Counted from the first letter of the whole stretch, positions 43,969-55,983 are shown. The stretch: DNA of 63,846 nt, filler included, from Salisapilia sapeloensis CBS 127946 (GCA_023334545.1; 11 parts of 11 records of this genome joined end to end with filler, not necessarily neighbours in it); one strand, 5' to 3'. Notes: generated by a model from the letters alone, not told the origin. Numbers and translations are program-made.

Positions 43969-46900
43969 ATGGAGCCTGTCAAATGGACATCAGCTATCCA
44001 AGACATTCTACACGATGTCCAGACACAGGCGCTCGATACGCTCGTCCATTTCCCGAATGCTGATAAAGGAGCCCAACAATCCATGGTGCCACAAGCTACG
44101 CGTCTCCTTCGCATTTACGATGACGAAGTGCTTATCAAGTCGAAAAAACAGAAAAAGTCGGAAGCAGATATTCGAGAAGAGTGCTATGTTATTTTCCTCA
44201 ATACGCTCTGGGAAGGTCTTGCTTTAGTTTTAACTGCAGATGGAGCCAAAGTGCCTCCGCTCGTAGTCGAAAGCATGGGTTCCTTACTCGCTGCCTTCTT
44301 CCTTAAAATGCAGTCCGGACCGAACCGGCGTCGAAGTAGCATGAACCCAGACGACAAGATCGAACCGGATAAGAACAAGAGAGATGAGAGTCTCGCGAGC
44401 CTCCGATCGGACCTACTAGATCATCTCATGAACGCGAGTCAAGCAACCGACAAGACCGTCCGGCTGCGATCGACCCAAATCCTGCGGTACATCGTATGCC
44501 AAGGACCGGTGTTCCAGCAAAGTACCAGACAAGCGCTCCAGCAGGCTCTATTGAAACGAGCCAATGACAAGCTCGCGAGCGTCCGTGCAGAGGCCGCCAC
44601 CGGCCTTGGTCCGTTGGAACAAGAAGAGAAGGAAGAAGACAGTGTTCGAGACGAACTACTCTACCTCCTCCAGTGCGATCAGGCCAAGTACTGGATACTG
44701 TTCGTAACAGCTTTATAACATCTTAACGGTTATGCATATAGAGAGGTCCGTAAGGCTGTCGTGAAGAGCATGCGGAGTCTCGGGAAAAACCTGTCGTCCT
44801 TATTACCCTGCACCCGGGATGTAAGTGAAGAGGTCCGGAAAGCCGCCTATAAGCGGCTGGGCCAAAGTGTCCACGTGGACGATTTATGTCCATCCGACCG
44901 TCTCCAGCTCCTCACCCAAGGCTTCCACGACGACTCGACTCGCGTCCAATGCGCTTGTGAAGACATGCTGCTATTCACATGGCTCGTCTCGAAAAACCGT
45001 TCCTTCATCTCGCTCGTCGAAACACTAGATCTACCGAATCACCCGACGATCGGACGTGACGTCTGCTATCTTCTCTTCGATCAATACGTCGGTGACGCTC
45101 GAGACGACAATCCGCTCGTTCAAATCCGAAAATCCTATGGCTTTCGTTTGGATCCATCCACCATCTTCCTCTGGTCACTTGACTGTCAATACACAAGCCA
45201 AGTCGTCCACGACGCTGACAAAGCTTCTGAACTCCTTCCCACGGCCTTTGAATTCGCAGAACAACTCACGCATCTTCATTCGACCCAAAGCATCGATAGC
45301 ATACGTCAGCTCCTACTTCTTGGTCTCCAAGTCGACTTTCAAGAAGGTCATGGCCGAAAGAAACTCCTTCAAGCCATCCGCAAGATACTCGTCGATCGAC
45401 ACACGAGCACTAGTCTCTTCCCTTCTCTACTCGATCTACTTGCTTGCATCCATTCTCCACATGACGAACGTACGTTCATTCGACTCATTTCCAACATCAT
45501 CTCGGAAACGTTTAATCCACTTGAATTGGATCAAGACGTACAAGAGATAGACGAGAGCAAGCTAGATGATATGTATACACGTCTAGAACAATTGAATACA
45601 AAACGTAGTCGATTAGATGTAGACACGACTGAGCACGAGATGGAACAAGAGGCGAGGCAGCTCCAATCGGACATCCATAACGCCACGAGAACCAGTCGAC
45701 ACACTCGTGCTCTTCACATCGCCAAATGCCTCCTAGAACGGACGACGCGGAGTCTCAAGGACTACACGCTCCAAGGCCTCGAGAGACTCATCCTCCCAGC
45801 TCTCAAGGCCGAGAAGAACTCCGACCTCTACCGACAAGCCGTCCTGTGCCTCGTTCCCTACTGCCTCAAGGATGCAGCAGAGGCTCAAGAGCATCTACCT
45901 CTCTTCCTCCACCTGTCTGCCTCCTGTGCCGACTTGGAGCTACGACAGACGAGTCTCCAAGCTGTCTTTGATCTCTTGAGGGTAGTAGAACCCCCGGAAG
46001 AGGTGCTCGAAAACCTTCGAAGCGACATGATGCACGAGACGGACATGCGGCGCCTCAGCGTCATGGTCGATGGCTTCCTCCGCCTCTACTTGAATGATCA
46101 GATCGTTACGTCCTCTATCCTCTCTACTCTCCTCCATCTCCTCTTCCAACCCTACGACAGACACACGTCTCCTCTCGAAGAAGACTATGGTGCCAAGTGT
46201 CGACAGCTCCTACGCACCTACATACCCGTCTACGTCGCTTCCTCCACTCGTCACTGCCATCTCTTCCACGAAGCAGCAGAACGACAGATCTTGTCGACGA
46301 TCGAGAGCATAGATGTAGATGATAGAAACCTCTCGCTTCATGTCCGTGCTTTAGCTAGTTTCACGCTGCATGTCTTACGTCATCCTGAAGCGAATCAAGA
46401 CATGTCTTGCTGCCACTTGAATCATCTCGCGACCACCTTTTGTATCGAACTCTTAGCACTTGGGAAACTACATGATCGACCAGATAAAGGTGGGAAAGAA
46501 GAGAAAGCGATAGCGAATCGTATGGACCTTTGTTTCAAAATCCTAAGCGCATGTGAACCTAGTATGCAAGACAAGGACTCGTATGACTTATGCATCTACC
46601 TCGTCCATGTCGTCCAATCCACTTGTCTTGATTCGACCAAGAAGAAGACACAAACACTCCTGCAGCACTTCAAGCCACCGTCGGAAACTTACCAAGTCGA
46701 CCAAGACTGGGTTACCACTCAAGTGCAAGACCGATTTCAAGCACTCGAACCATTCGTCCTCGAGATACAAAAGGAGGACGAGAGACATCGAGAAGCTGCG
46801 TTGAAAAAACGTAAGAGAGAGACGGACGAAAGCGACAGTGAAGAGGAGTTGGGAGATGAGCTACCTGTCGCGCCACGAACAAAGTCTTCTCGTCAGAGTA

Positions 46901-47040
46901 AACAACAAGCACAGACACGTATGGCAGCGCAGGAGATACGTGCCAAGGAGATGATTCAAGCGACGCAAGAGTCGGATGAAGACGAACAAGAGAGCGAAAG
47001 CGAGAGTGAAGAAGACATTAGTGCAAGTGAAGAAGAGTAA
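43969..47040 (+). CDS. NCAPG: Condensin complex subunit 3 (CAP-G/Ycg1), 2 exons, intron 44688-44741
   Basis: HEAT motifs DKTVRLRSTQIL, LKRANDKLASVRAEA, DQAKEVRKAVV, TRDVSEEVRKAAY, AVLCLVPYCL, ALQAVFDLL equivalent; acidic tail. Confidence 0.85.
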
Positions 47041-47057
47041 TCCAATCCCTTTTTTCT

Positions 47058-49145
47058 TTACGTCGTGTACTTGCTTAACTCCTTCTTTCGTCCATGCTCC
47101 GTCACTTTATCTCTCATGACACGCTCCACGAGCTTACTGGTAACCACCACCTCCTCCTGTGCATACACGATGCTCTCGAGGTACAGCATCGTCTTGGCAA
47201 TCTCCCGGCCGCTCATGCCGTCCGTCATCCTCGCATATCGCTCCACCATCTCTTCCGAGAGCACAGGTCCTTTGGCGGCGTCCATCTGCCCGGTCGCAGT
47301 CGCTGGAGGCGCCAGTGAATGATCGTGCGGCATGCCGCTAACGCTCTGATCAAAGTACATCCGCAGCAGTCGCCTCCGCTCCTGCTCTTCAGGCAGATTA
47401 AAGTGAAGCGTGTCGTCGATGCGGTTGGTGATGGCCGAGTCCAAGTCCTCTGGCCTGTTCGTCGCAATCACAAGCATAAAGTGCTTGGACTGCTCGCCCG
47501 TGTGGAACAAGAGCGCGTTCAAGGCGTTGCGCATCGCTTCGCTCATGTGCGTCTTGCGAGAGGCTCGACAGCCCAAGAAGGCTTCAGCCTCGTCGATGAA
47601 GATCAGGACGCCACGAGGAGATGTCCGAGCCCACTGGAAGAGCGAGTGGAGCTCCGTGACGGCGTCGGAACCGAGCGGACCGACGTCGCCGCCACTCAGG
47701 ATGGCATAGTCCATGTTACTAGTACGTGCCAAGCGCTTCGCGACCATCGTCTTGCCTGTTCCAGGTGGACCGTAGAGGAGTAGATGGCGGTACGGAGCAC
47801 CATGAAGCTGCGCGTTTCGAGTCGATCTCGCGATCTCCAAGACACGAGTCGATAGCTCAGACGGCAGAACAACATCGAGCAGTTCTTTCGACACGAGATA
47901 CTTGGCCTTGCCGTCGCTCTCTCCTGACCAAAGCTGCTTTATATGATTCCAGACCCATGCCCATACGTGCAGCTGCAGCAGAGCTCGACACCAGCCCCAG
48001 AGTCCGCTAGCTCTCGACGTTTCTCGCACTAGCGAAGGCTTACCCAGTCGACGCTCGAGCACCCGACCACTGAGCCTCACCAGCTCTCGACTGAAGTAGA
48101 CGCCAGCAGCGACGGCTACGACTCCTCCTACGCCTCGTACTAGTCGCTCTGGATCCTCCAGCAACGCGCCTACGCCGCGTCCAAAGAGCTCAAAGCTCGT
48201 CTGGATGGCCTGGAGTACCTTTACACGTTCAGCCTCAAGACGCTGCTGAAGCTGCTCACGCTCAATGTCTTTGTTCTCTCGCTGCTGTCGGATCCGACCG
48301 TCAATGTCCATCGACGCCTTCTCCAGCGTCGTGTTTCTCTCTAGCCATGCCTTGGTGCTTTCCATTTCCAATCGCTGCTGCTGCAATATCTCCTCTGTCT
48401 CTCGACGAGAAGCCTCTAGCCGAGCGTTCGACTCCTCTTGGAGAGACACGAGGTCTCGATTAGCATCTCTCTGGGCCTGGGCGTCTAGATCCCGACGCTC
48501 AGCAGCTAGTTCCTGCTGCTTGAGCTCCAGTGCGATGGCATCAGCATGTTGTTGAGACAGCGTCTGCCGCTCTTCCTCACCCTGGACACGCACTTGCTCA
48601 ATCCTCTTCTCCACAGCCTGTAGCTCTGCCTCTGCGATCCGTCGCTTTTCAATCACCTCGGCACGAGCATCTCGGTCTAGGTGGTACTGGAGAGCATCGA
48701 TATGCTCCTGCTGCTTTGTGATGATGTCTCGAAGCTCCTGTGCTTCAACCTGAAGAGACTTGGAGATACCAATGAGCTCCTGTGTCGCAGCGATACCATG
48801 CATGAAGACGACATCTTTATCGACGATCTGAAGGTTCCGTAGCGTCATGAACGCCTGGTCACTTCCATTGCGCTGTCGAACACGGCGCTCAGAGATCTCT
48901 TGGATACTCTCCGGCAGCACCGTCCAGACTTCATGCCCAAGAGGACCTAGCTGCGTCTTCCCGACCATCCCAATCGCCACCTCATATCTTTTGATCGGGA
49001 GCCTCGAGATGATGTCGTAGCTATCTGATGTATTGATCATCTCGATGTTCGTGATCGCTTCTCGATAGTCCATACTGTCGTATTGCAATGCCATTCCCGT
49101 TACCTGCATGAATGCCACGCACGACAAGAACCTCGTGCATGTCAT
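47058..49145 (-). CDS. ATAD3: ATAD3-like AAA+ ATPase with atypical N-terminus
   Basis: Coiled coil, TM GVGGVVAVAAGVYF, LGKPSLVRETSR, YRHLLLYGPPGTGKTM, YAILSGGDVGPLG, IFIDEAEAFL, ATNRPEDLDSAI, GMSGREIAK. Confidence 0.88.
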   Translation of the reverse strand: MTCTRFLSCVAFMQVTGMALQYDSMDYREAITNIEMINTSDSYDIISRLPIKRYEVAIGMVGKTQLGPLGHEVWTVLPESIQEISERRVRQRNGSDQAFMTLRNLQIVDKDVVFMHGIAATQELIGISKSLQVEAQELRDIITKQQEHIDALQYHLDRDARAEVIEKRRIAEAELQAVEKRIEQVRVQGEEERQTLSQQHADAIALELKQQELAAERRDLDAQAQRDANRDLVSLQEESNARLEASRRETEEILQQQRLEMESTKAWLERNTTLEKASMDIDGRIRQQRENKDIEREQLQQRLEAERVKVLQAIQTSFELFGRGVGALLEDPERLVRGVGGVVAVAAGVYFSRELVRLSGRVLERRLGKPSLVRETSRASGLWGWCRALLQLHVWAWVWNHIKQLWSGESDGKAKYLVSKELLDVVLPSELSTRVLEIARSTRNAQLHGAPYRHLLLYGPPGTGKTMVAKRLARTSNMDYAILSGGDVGPLGSDAVTELHSLFQWARTSPRGVLIFIDEAEAFLGCRASRKTHMSEAMRNALNALLFHTGEQSKHFMLVIATNRPEDLDSAITNRIDDTLHFNLPEEQERRRLLRMYFDQSVSGMPHDHSLAPPATATGQMDAAKGPVLSEEMVERYARMTDGMSGREIAKTMLYLESIVYAQEEVVVTSKLVERVMRDKVTEHGRKKELSKYTT

Positions 49146-49225
49146 AGTATCCTTCCGTCTTTTGGTCCTCGCGACGCTTGAAGATTGATGGAGACGAGGA
49201 CGAGAAGAATTTGGCAGCTAGAGCC

Positions 49226-50137
49226 ATGGGTATCGAGATACTAGCTGACAACAAGGCACAGACACAGACACAGGAGCCTCGATCATCCGAACGAAATACA
49301 AGTGATGGACAAAAGGTTTCTGGTAACCTCTATGGCACGTCGGAGCCCGTGGCACCGTATCCCCCCGGTCCACAGAGCGAATGGCTTCCAGTCCATCTAT
49401 GTGGTACCAACGACGACGAGCTGCAAGAGCTCTTGCCTCGACACACGAAAGGGAAAGAGACTAAGTTACCATGGAGACATGCATTGCAGCTAGTACATCT
49501 ACGCAAAGCGAACTTTGGGCTACGATGGACACCGATACGAGGGAAGGAAGACGTCCATACATCCCCTTTCTGCCAAGTAGGTCCGCACTGGTGGCTATTC
49601 ATATTGACGTGGTGCGTCTTCTTCGCACTCGCCACCTCCGTCACGATGGTCACGATGCCACACGCAGAGGTGGCGGAAGTGTGCACTGGCATCCTGCTCT
49701 CGGCTCTCTGCCTCCTCTTCTACCTCCTCACAGGCTGCTCGGATCCTGGCATCGTACCAAGGTACACGCACCCTCCTCTCATGTATAGACTTAGGCGCTA
49801 ACGTAGCGTATGTGATAGCATCTCAGAGCCTGCGGACGACACGTACACGTACTGCGATATGTGCGCTTCCTACCGGCCCGCGAGGTCTCTGCACTGCATG
49901 GACTGCCGCGTGTGCGTGGAAGAGTACGACCACCACTGCCCCTGGACAGGCAAATGTGTCGGCCGAGGCAACGTCAAGTACTTTTACGCATGGCTCTTCT
50001 TCCTCGTCCTCGCCTTTGTCTACGACGTGATCGAGTTCTCGACTTATCTATTGCCGGAAGACGACCGACTACTAGACGACACGGACTATGAAGACATGTC
50101 CTCAATCTTCCAACCGTCCAAAGTCTCCATGCCCTAG
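49226..50137 (+). CDS. DHHC palmitoyltransferase, 2 exons
   Basis: QVGPHW, SDPGIVP, YCDMCASYRPARSLHCMDCRVCVEEYDHHCPWTGKCVGRGNVKYFY. Confidence 0.93.
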
Positions 50138-50260
50138 TCGAAGAAATACATGTATTCTACCCCGCTCCTTCCATTTCAAAATTAAAAAAGAGATATCCAT
50201 CGTGCTTATTTACTCGCCACTTGCTTCCTGGAGAAACTATGAAAAAATCGTCTACTAGAG

Positions 50261-53200
50261 TCATACCGAAGGATTCTTTTCAGGTACCGTCGGCGTCTGG
50301 ACGATCTGATACGCATGCCGACTCGTGTCTAGCTCACTGCCTTCGAACGGACTCGATGCGCCGCTTGTACTATTGCTACCACTCTCCCCATGCAAACTCC
50401 TCGGATGCGGAGGAGGAAGTGCTGCTCGGAAGCTCGGAGTGCTCTTACTATGGCCGCTGCTCAGACTACTCTTGGAGCTCGGCGTATCGTGCAGTATCGA
50501 CGACGGACGTTGCCCTTGGCTCTTATTCGACTCCGACGTACTCATCGACATGAGGCTTCCGCATGGCGTGAGAGATGCCAACGGACGTAGAAAGTTGGGA
50601 GAGCCGTCAAAGGACGGTGTCGAGGGGGACGAAGACATCATGTTGAGACTCGGTCGATATGCTACTGGAGCTTCCATCACGAAGCCACCCGACATGCGCG
50701 TCAGGTTGTCTCCACCGACGCCTGGACGGTCGTGGTAAGCTGGCAGATGCCTACCTGGTGCCGTGCCCGTCGTGGCGGCTCGTCGACGAGGCATGGGTGG
50801 GTATATCCTGGCTGTGCTATTGGAGCTCATACGCACGGGGACTGTCGGTAGCATGTTCCTCGGCGTGTCTGGATAGGCAGTCGGAGGCGTATTCGCTTCT
50901 GGAGAGATGTACCGGCCAGAGCTCAAGTCGAACGAGTTCAGTAGCGTGCTGAGTGTCCGACCGGACTCCATCAACTGTGCATGCTGGTACTCCTGTATCT
51001 CCCGCTGAGCCGCAGCATCTTCCATGTCGGCATGGATGTCATGCACGAGCTCCTTGACCACGCGTCTCTGGAATCTCTCGGCGTACTGCTTGGGATTGAC
51101 GATAGAGATGCCCTGACTGTCCTGCATCAACACGTAGACACGAATGAAATGCTCTAGTCTCTTCCTAAAGTTCCACTGCTGGAGGATGTCGATAAGTCCT
51201 AAGTAGTAGATACCCGGACCGTGCACTTCATCGACGCTCATCCCGCCCTGAATCGCCTGATGGAACGGCTTCGACGCGCCAGTCTCCGGTCTCTGATTCA
51301 ACGCTGCATACGCGTTCCCGGCACTTGCGCGACTGCGTAGACTTACGAAGCTATTGCAGCTCGGCCGACCGCTGGAAGACGACGAGCACGACGCTGGTGG
51401 CAGCTCAAAGTTCTCTGCAGAGGAAAAGTGGGAGACATTGAACGTCCGGTGATGGATGCCGACGAGCAGACTGTAGTCGATGCAGTTGAGTCTCGCCAAA
51501 AAGTCCGAATCCTTCGTCAGCTGCAGCGCGACGGCGCGAGCCGTTGGGAGCGGAAGTGCCATGTGACGATTCCAGTTCAAGTCCTTGCCCACTTGATCAT
51601 ACTGATGCCGCAGCCCTTCGCCTCTGCGCACGTCACATAGCTGTCCGTGGCTCCCTCCGACCGTGTACTTGGCGCCGCAGTACTTGCAATGCGCTAGCGT
51701 GCCCGTGGGCTTCCTGCCTTCCAGTCGACCGACCCAAGAGCCTTTGAGATCGAAGCGCTCGTGGATCTGGAGCGTCGTGTCGAAGACGCTCTGCATGACG
51801 ACGAAGAAGACTGTCTTGCCGTACATAGTGAGGCCGTGGCAACCAAAGAAGCGAGTGACGAACGTGTTTGGGTGCTTGCGGACATGCGTGTAGTACTTAG
51901 GAAGGATGGACAGAAAGAACTTGAGCTCCTCTCTCGTCAACGTCTTCACGACGTACTTGCGGTCCTGTGTAAAGTAGAAGAAGGCACCGCTCTTGCCTTC
52001 ACTCACGCTTTCCTTGGTCGTCTGCTCAAGGGACCGACGATAGCTCTCAGCTGAGACCTTGGCATCCACTCGTAGCTTCCGAAAGATGTGCGGCGCGTAG
52101 TCATAGAAGATGACTCGGTCGCTCCGAGGACCTCTCTCTCCTCTCGTCTCGAGCGTCAGCTCTTCGATCTGAGCGTAGCTTCGCTTCTGACTAGTGTATT
52201 CATCGCCGTTGCCACCATCCGAGCCGACATTCACGTCGACGGAGCAGGTGGAATCAGGCGTCATGTCCGACAGACGTGCCTGCTGCTCACACCGTTCGAC
52301 GCTCTGGCAGATACCTTTCGTAGTGTTTGTCAGGATCTCCAGTCTTAACGCCCAATTGATACTGTCTTCATGTGGTGGCAAGTCGACGTAGCCTTGGACT
52401 CGTAGCTGCTCAATGATTTTCAAAATATTGGACGTTCGTGTCCAGATAAGAGCGTTGACCATCCCCTTTCCCATGAGCAAGCAGGACAAGAGTTTCCATA
52501 CCTGACACCTATTACTCGTACCACCTTCTTCCGTCTCACTTGTGCCCTCAACCTCTGGCACGAGACTAAAGACGCCGTAGCAAGCTAAGACGAGTGTCCA
52601 GTAGCTAAAGTAGAAACCTACATAGTACTTGAGGTGGCGCTGGATGCGCTGCCTCGTGCGAAAGGTGTCTCGCAGTCCCTTCATGAAAGCGTTCCAGGTG
52701 CGTAAGATCGCTACTAGACTCGTACAGTAGACGACGACAATGTAAAGAGCAAAGAAAATGCCAGAGGTGGCGGACACGTTTGTGGTAACCTGGGACTCCA
52801 AGGTTTCTGCTTGCGACGGACCGACGGCCACGTCCCGACTGGAGGTGACCCAGCAGAAGCTAAACAAGGCGTAGTTCGTGTCGAGATGGGAGATGCCAGT
52901 GCAGAGGAGACTCCAGAGTCCGCCAAAGACATGGTACCTCTTCATGTGCCCAGCGGACGTCGAGAAAGGGTTCTTAAGAGCGAGTAGTAGGTCGATGGCA
53001 AAGATAAGCATGTACGTCTCCTGTCCGGTGAGGAAGAAGTCGGCAAAGACGCCGAGGCTGCCGCACTGGACGGCGCCAGAGGACTGCTGGAGGAGGAATA
53101 GAAACTGGTAGATGGCGCAGTAGACACTCATGCCGAACATGACGCCTGCCGGGTGCTGCCGAAGCGCCGGGACGCGGATATACGAGACGATGACGTAGAA

Positions 53201-53317
53201 GCATCCAAGCAATGAGGCTGCAGAGATGAGGATCGGGACCGTCAAGCTGATGGTCGGGCAGTTTCCAGCCGCGAATGGCGACGTGACCTGTACATGTTGT
53301 TGGTTCATGAACGACAA
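50261..53317 (-). CDS. GPCR-PIP kinase fusion (7TM domain plus phosphatidylinositol phosphate kinase domain)
   Basis: Seven hydrophobic segments, then FYDYAPHIF..LR, SEGKSGAFFYFTQDRKYVVKT, ERFDLKGS, DYSLLVGIH, YYLGLIDILQ, SIVNPKQYAERF. Confidence 0.95.
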   Translation of the reverse strand: MSFMNQQHVQVTSPFAAGNCPTISLTVPILISAASLLGCFYVIVSYIRVPALRQHPAGVMFGMSVYCAIYQFLFLLQQSSGAVQCGSLGVFADFFLTGQETYMLIFAIDLLLALKNPFSTSAGHMKRYHVFGGLWSLLCTGISHLDTNYALFSFCWVTSSRDVAVGPSQAETLESQVTTNVSATSGIFFALYIVVVYCTSLVAILRTWNAFMKGLRDTFRTRQRIQRHLKYYVGFYFSYWTLVLACYGVFSLVPEVEGTSETEEGGTSNRCQVWKLLSCLLMGKGMVNALIWTRTSNILKIIEQLRVQGYVDLPPHEDSINWALRLEILTNTTKGICQSVERCEQQARLSDMTPDSTCSVDVNVGSDGGNGDEYTSQKRSYAQIEELTLETRGERGPRSDRVIFYDYAPHIFRKLRVDAKVSAESYRRSLEQTTKESVSEGKSGAFFYFTQDRKYVVKTLTREELKFFLSILPKYYTHVRKHPNTFVTRFFGCHGLTMYGKTVFFVVMQSVFDTTLQIHERFDLKGSWVGRLEGRKPTGTLAHCKYCGAKYTVGGSHGQLCDVRRGEGLRHQYDQVGKDLNWNRHMALPLPTARAVALQLTKDSDFLARLNCIDYSLLVGIHHRTFNVSHFSSAENFELPPASCSSSSSGRPSCNSFVSLRSRASAGNAYAALNQRPETGASKPFHQAIQGGMSVDEVHGPGIYYLGLIDILQQWNFRKRLEHFIRVYVLMQDSQGISIVNPKQYAERFQRRVVKELVHDIHADMEDAAAQREIQEYQHAQLMESGRTLSTLLNSFDLSSGRYISPEANTPPTAYPDTPRNMLPTVPVRMSSNSTARIYPPMPRRRAATTGTAPGRHLPAYHDRPGVGGDNLTRMSGGFVMEAPVAYRPSLNMMSSSPSTPSFDGSPNFLRPLASLTPCGSLMSMSTSESNKSQGQRPSSILHDTPSSKSSLSSGHSKSTPSFRAALPPPHPRSLHGESGSNSTSGASSPFEGSELDTSRHAYQIVQTPTVPEKNPSV

Positions 53318-53715
53318 ATCGGATGTAGTGTTAGGATGTCAGGACGATGTAAGGCTTGGAACGAGTACGAGGAAAGCGCAAGTAGTAGACAATGGTTGAC
53401 TAGTGGAGACGTACGGAGAGCAAGCGTTTCTCCTACCTGCCTCGTCGTACTGGATCAAAAGCGCCAGAAGCGAACTGATCGAAAGCACTCGCTGCCTCTC
53501 GAGGCGTACGCTACGTTGCGACTGTCAAGCGCTTCCGACGTAGAAGAAATACGGCGCTAGACTCTACCTATCGTTCTATGCATTTGCGATGCGCGACACT
53601 AGAGTCTCTTCCTGGAAACTTTTTTCTAGACACAACGCCCGACGCTTCGTCAACGAGGTGGAAGGAAACCAAGCCAAAGAAGAACAATGTGTGTTGCAAA
53701 CTCTCCAATGAACAC

Positions 53716-53889
53716 CTACAGACGCCCGATGATCTGCATCGCCTCATGCTTTTCCTCTTCGAGCTCCTTGGCTGACTCGCGCATCATGTCCTGGACACTC
53801 TGCTCTCTCGGGATGTCCCGGACGATCTCCAACTGGCCGTTGCCGAGACACTTGATCGGGAAAGAGTAGACCAGGTCCTCCGGCACGCC
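53716..53889 (-). CDS. C-terminal end of cytosolic-type malate dehydrogenase, 5'-truncated by the gap
   Basis: GVPEDLVYSFPIKCLGNGQLEIVRDI...MRESAKELEEEK resembles the MDH1 C-terminus. Confidence 0.7.
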   Translation of the reverse strand, partial: GVPEDLVYSFPIKCLGNGQLEIVRDIPREQSVQDMMRESAKELEEEKHEAMQIIGRL

Positions 53890-53989
53890 NNNNNNNNNNN
53901 NNNNNNNNNNNNNNNNNNNNNNNNNNNNNNNNNTTAATTAATTAANNNNNNNNNNNNNNNNNNNNNNNNNNNNNNNNNNNNNNNNNNNN
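53890..53989. other. Artificial contig linker
   Basis: Same 100-nt spacer. Confidence 0.99.
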
Positions 53990-54505
53990 GATAACGGCTT
54001 CAACATATTAGCCTCTGGCAATTGGAATGATGACGCGTGCATCATCACTTCCGCCTCACTTCGTATGTATATGTACGAAATCATCGGGAACAATTGTCAT
54101 TGTGTCCCATGTAATGATTAGCCCATTACAACTAGTCGATTACGTCCTAGTAGCACTCTCGACGATTGGATTGGTCGTATTTGTGATGTGCTTGAAACCC
54201 AATACACTGAAGCAAAATATGACGATGCCGTGCGTGTTCTAAGCGAGATACCCCAAACGAAGAAGACCTACTCGAAGCTGCTGATATTCTAAGGCTTGAT
54301 GATTAATGGAACACATTTATTGCCATGCCGAATTAGCGATTGAAGCTCGTATTTCTTCGTAAAAAGGTGCTCATATTGAAGATATAAACGAAGATATTAT
54401 TCACTAAATATTTCTTGAGATGATTCTCATAAATCTGACATGATGCGTTCTCTTCACGCTCTAGCAGTATTTGATGCCCGTGCATCCCCAATGGATCTGA
54501 TTGAG

Positions 54506-54760
54506 CTACTGATTGCTCACCATGCTGAAGTAGGACATCCTCATTGTCTTTTTATATATCATAGCCTTCATCAATATGAAATGGTGTAACCAGCAGGTGG
54601 CTATGATGTACCTGTTCATGAGTTGCTTATTTAACGGCTCATTGGGGAAGCGCAATATTCGCCATCGACGCTTTAAAATACCGATTGTTCGCACAACAAT
54701 CATCCCCTAGGAAGAATGAATGTAGTTGATATAGCCCATACTCATTAGTAGGCTTTCTTC
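54506..54760 (-). mobile_element. Degenerate PIF/Harbinger (DDE_Tnp_4) transposase remnant
   Basis: IVVRTIGILKRRWRIL...YIIATCWLHHF matches the Harbinger motif R..VE.TIG.LK.RWRIL...II.ACCVLHN. Surrounding frame has stops. Confidence 0.65.
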
Positions 54761-55194
54761 CTGCTCTACTTTTTGTCGAAAAGTGGTACTGAGCGCTTCT
54801 GTATGGCGTTTAGATATGCTTGTTTAGCGTATATCCAGCATCGCCAAGTAGAAATCGATCTTGAGGCAGATAATCTACATTGTTTTCATAGAACTTTGAC
54901 ATTTACAATACTGAGTCGTCGTGAGTGGAACTTTCAACTCCAACATAGACGTACAAGGCTCTCATGTGAAAGTCAACAACAATCATTACGTTTGACGAGA
55001 TGCATCCCTTTCGATTTTTATGCATCCAGTTCGCTAGTTTTGTGACGGGTGTCACAACGATAGCCCTTTAAACGTAAGGGAAGCGTTAAACGCGGAGTAT
55101 GAAACTCTTGTACTAAAAGTACGGAAGTAGTGTAAGACACTTGTGCTTTAGAAAGCAAAATGAGAACTGGTTGTGTTGAGGCTTAATTCGAATA

Positions 55195-55294
55195 NNNNNN
55201 NNNNNNNNNNNNNNNNNNNNNNNNNNNNNNNNNNNNNNTTAATTAATTAANNNNNNNNNNNNNNNNNNNNNNNNNNNNNNNNNNNNNNNNNNNN
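55195..55294. other. Artificial contig linker
   Basis: Same 100-nt spacer. Confidence 0.99.
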
Positions 55295-55983
55295 GGAGAA
55301 AAGTGACTTGGTTCCAGTACCAGCGACGTGTCTGGAGGAACTTTGGTGTCCAGCTGAAAGCCTTCTTCTTGGGCAATTTGCACACGCTGTCGCAGCACAC
55401 GGCCTTGCTACAGGCGCAGCAAAGTCAAGTGTCGGACGATGACGAGCTGCCGAGTCTCGAGGATCTCTGGCCTGGATCTCAGCAGGATGATGGGACCTTC
55501 TTCCAGGAACGCTTCATGCGAGGAGCCTTGTTCCCGTCCTTTGCAGCAGACGATTTACTCATCCAGAGCTTCTTTAATCCGTCTATCAACCTCTTCATCC
55601 GACGCATCTTGAATGGCAAGAGCTGCTTTATGCTGTACAGTATCCCAAAGTCGCTGAGAAGGAGTTTCCTCACCTTTAGTGATGTCTTTGAGTACTTGAC
55701 TGCAGGCGCAGCGCATGCGTTGCCCATTGGGTTGCTGCGAGGAGAAGGAGGACCGATGGCTGCTCCCCACCCATACGTGTACACGTGCCCAAAGAGTGAT
55801 ACGCCGGTCTATCCACACGACAAAGTTTTTGCGCTGATCGACTTTGCTCAGTTGCATCGCGTGGCGAACAAGCTACAACGAGCTTTCCGGAATAGACGCA
55901 AACCGGAAGGAGAGAGAGATCCGATCAATATGGCTGACGCTGTCCTATCAGCTGAACGGATGAGGTCGCAAGGAAGGAAGTGA
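55295..55983 (+). CDS. C-terminus of a BK/Slo-type potassium channel (RCK2 region) with a trailing IQ-like motif; 5'-truncated
   Basis: FMRGALFPSFAADDLLIQSFFNP, TFSDVFEYL...ALPIGLLR, PYVYTCP..DT.V...DKVFAL, then VANKLQRAFRNRRK. Confidence 0.75.
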
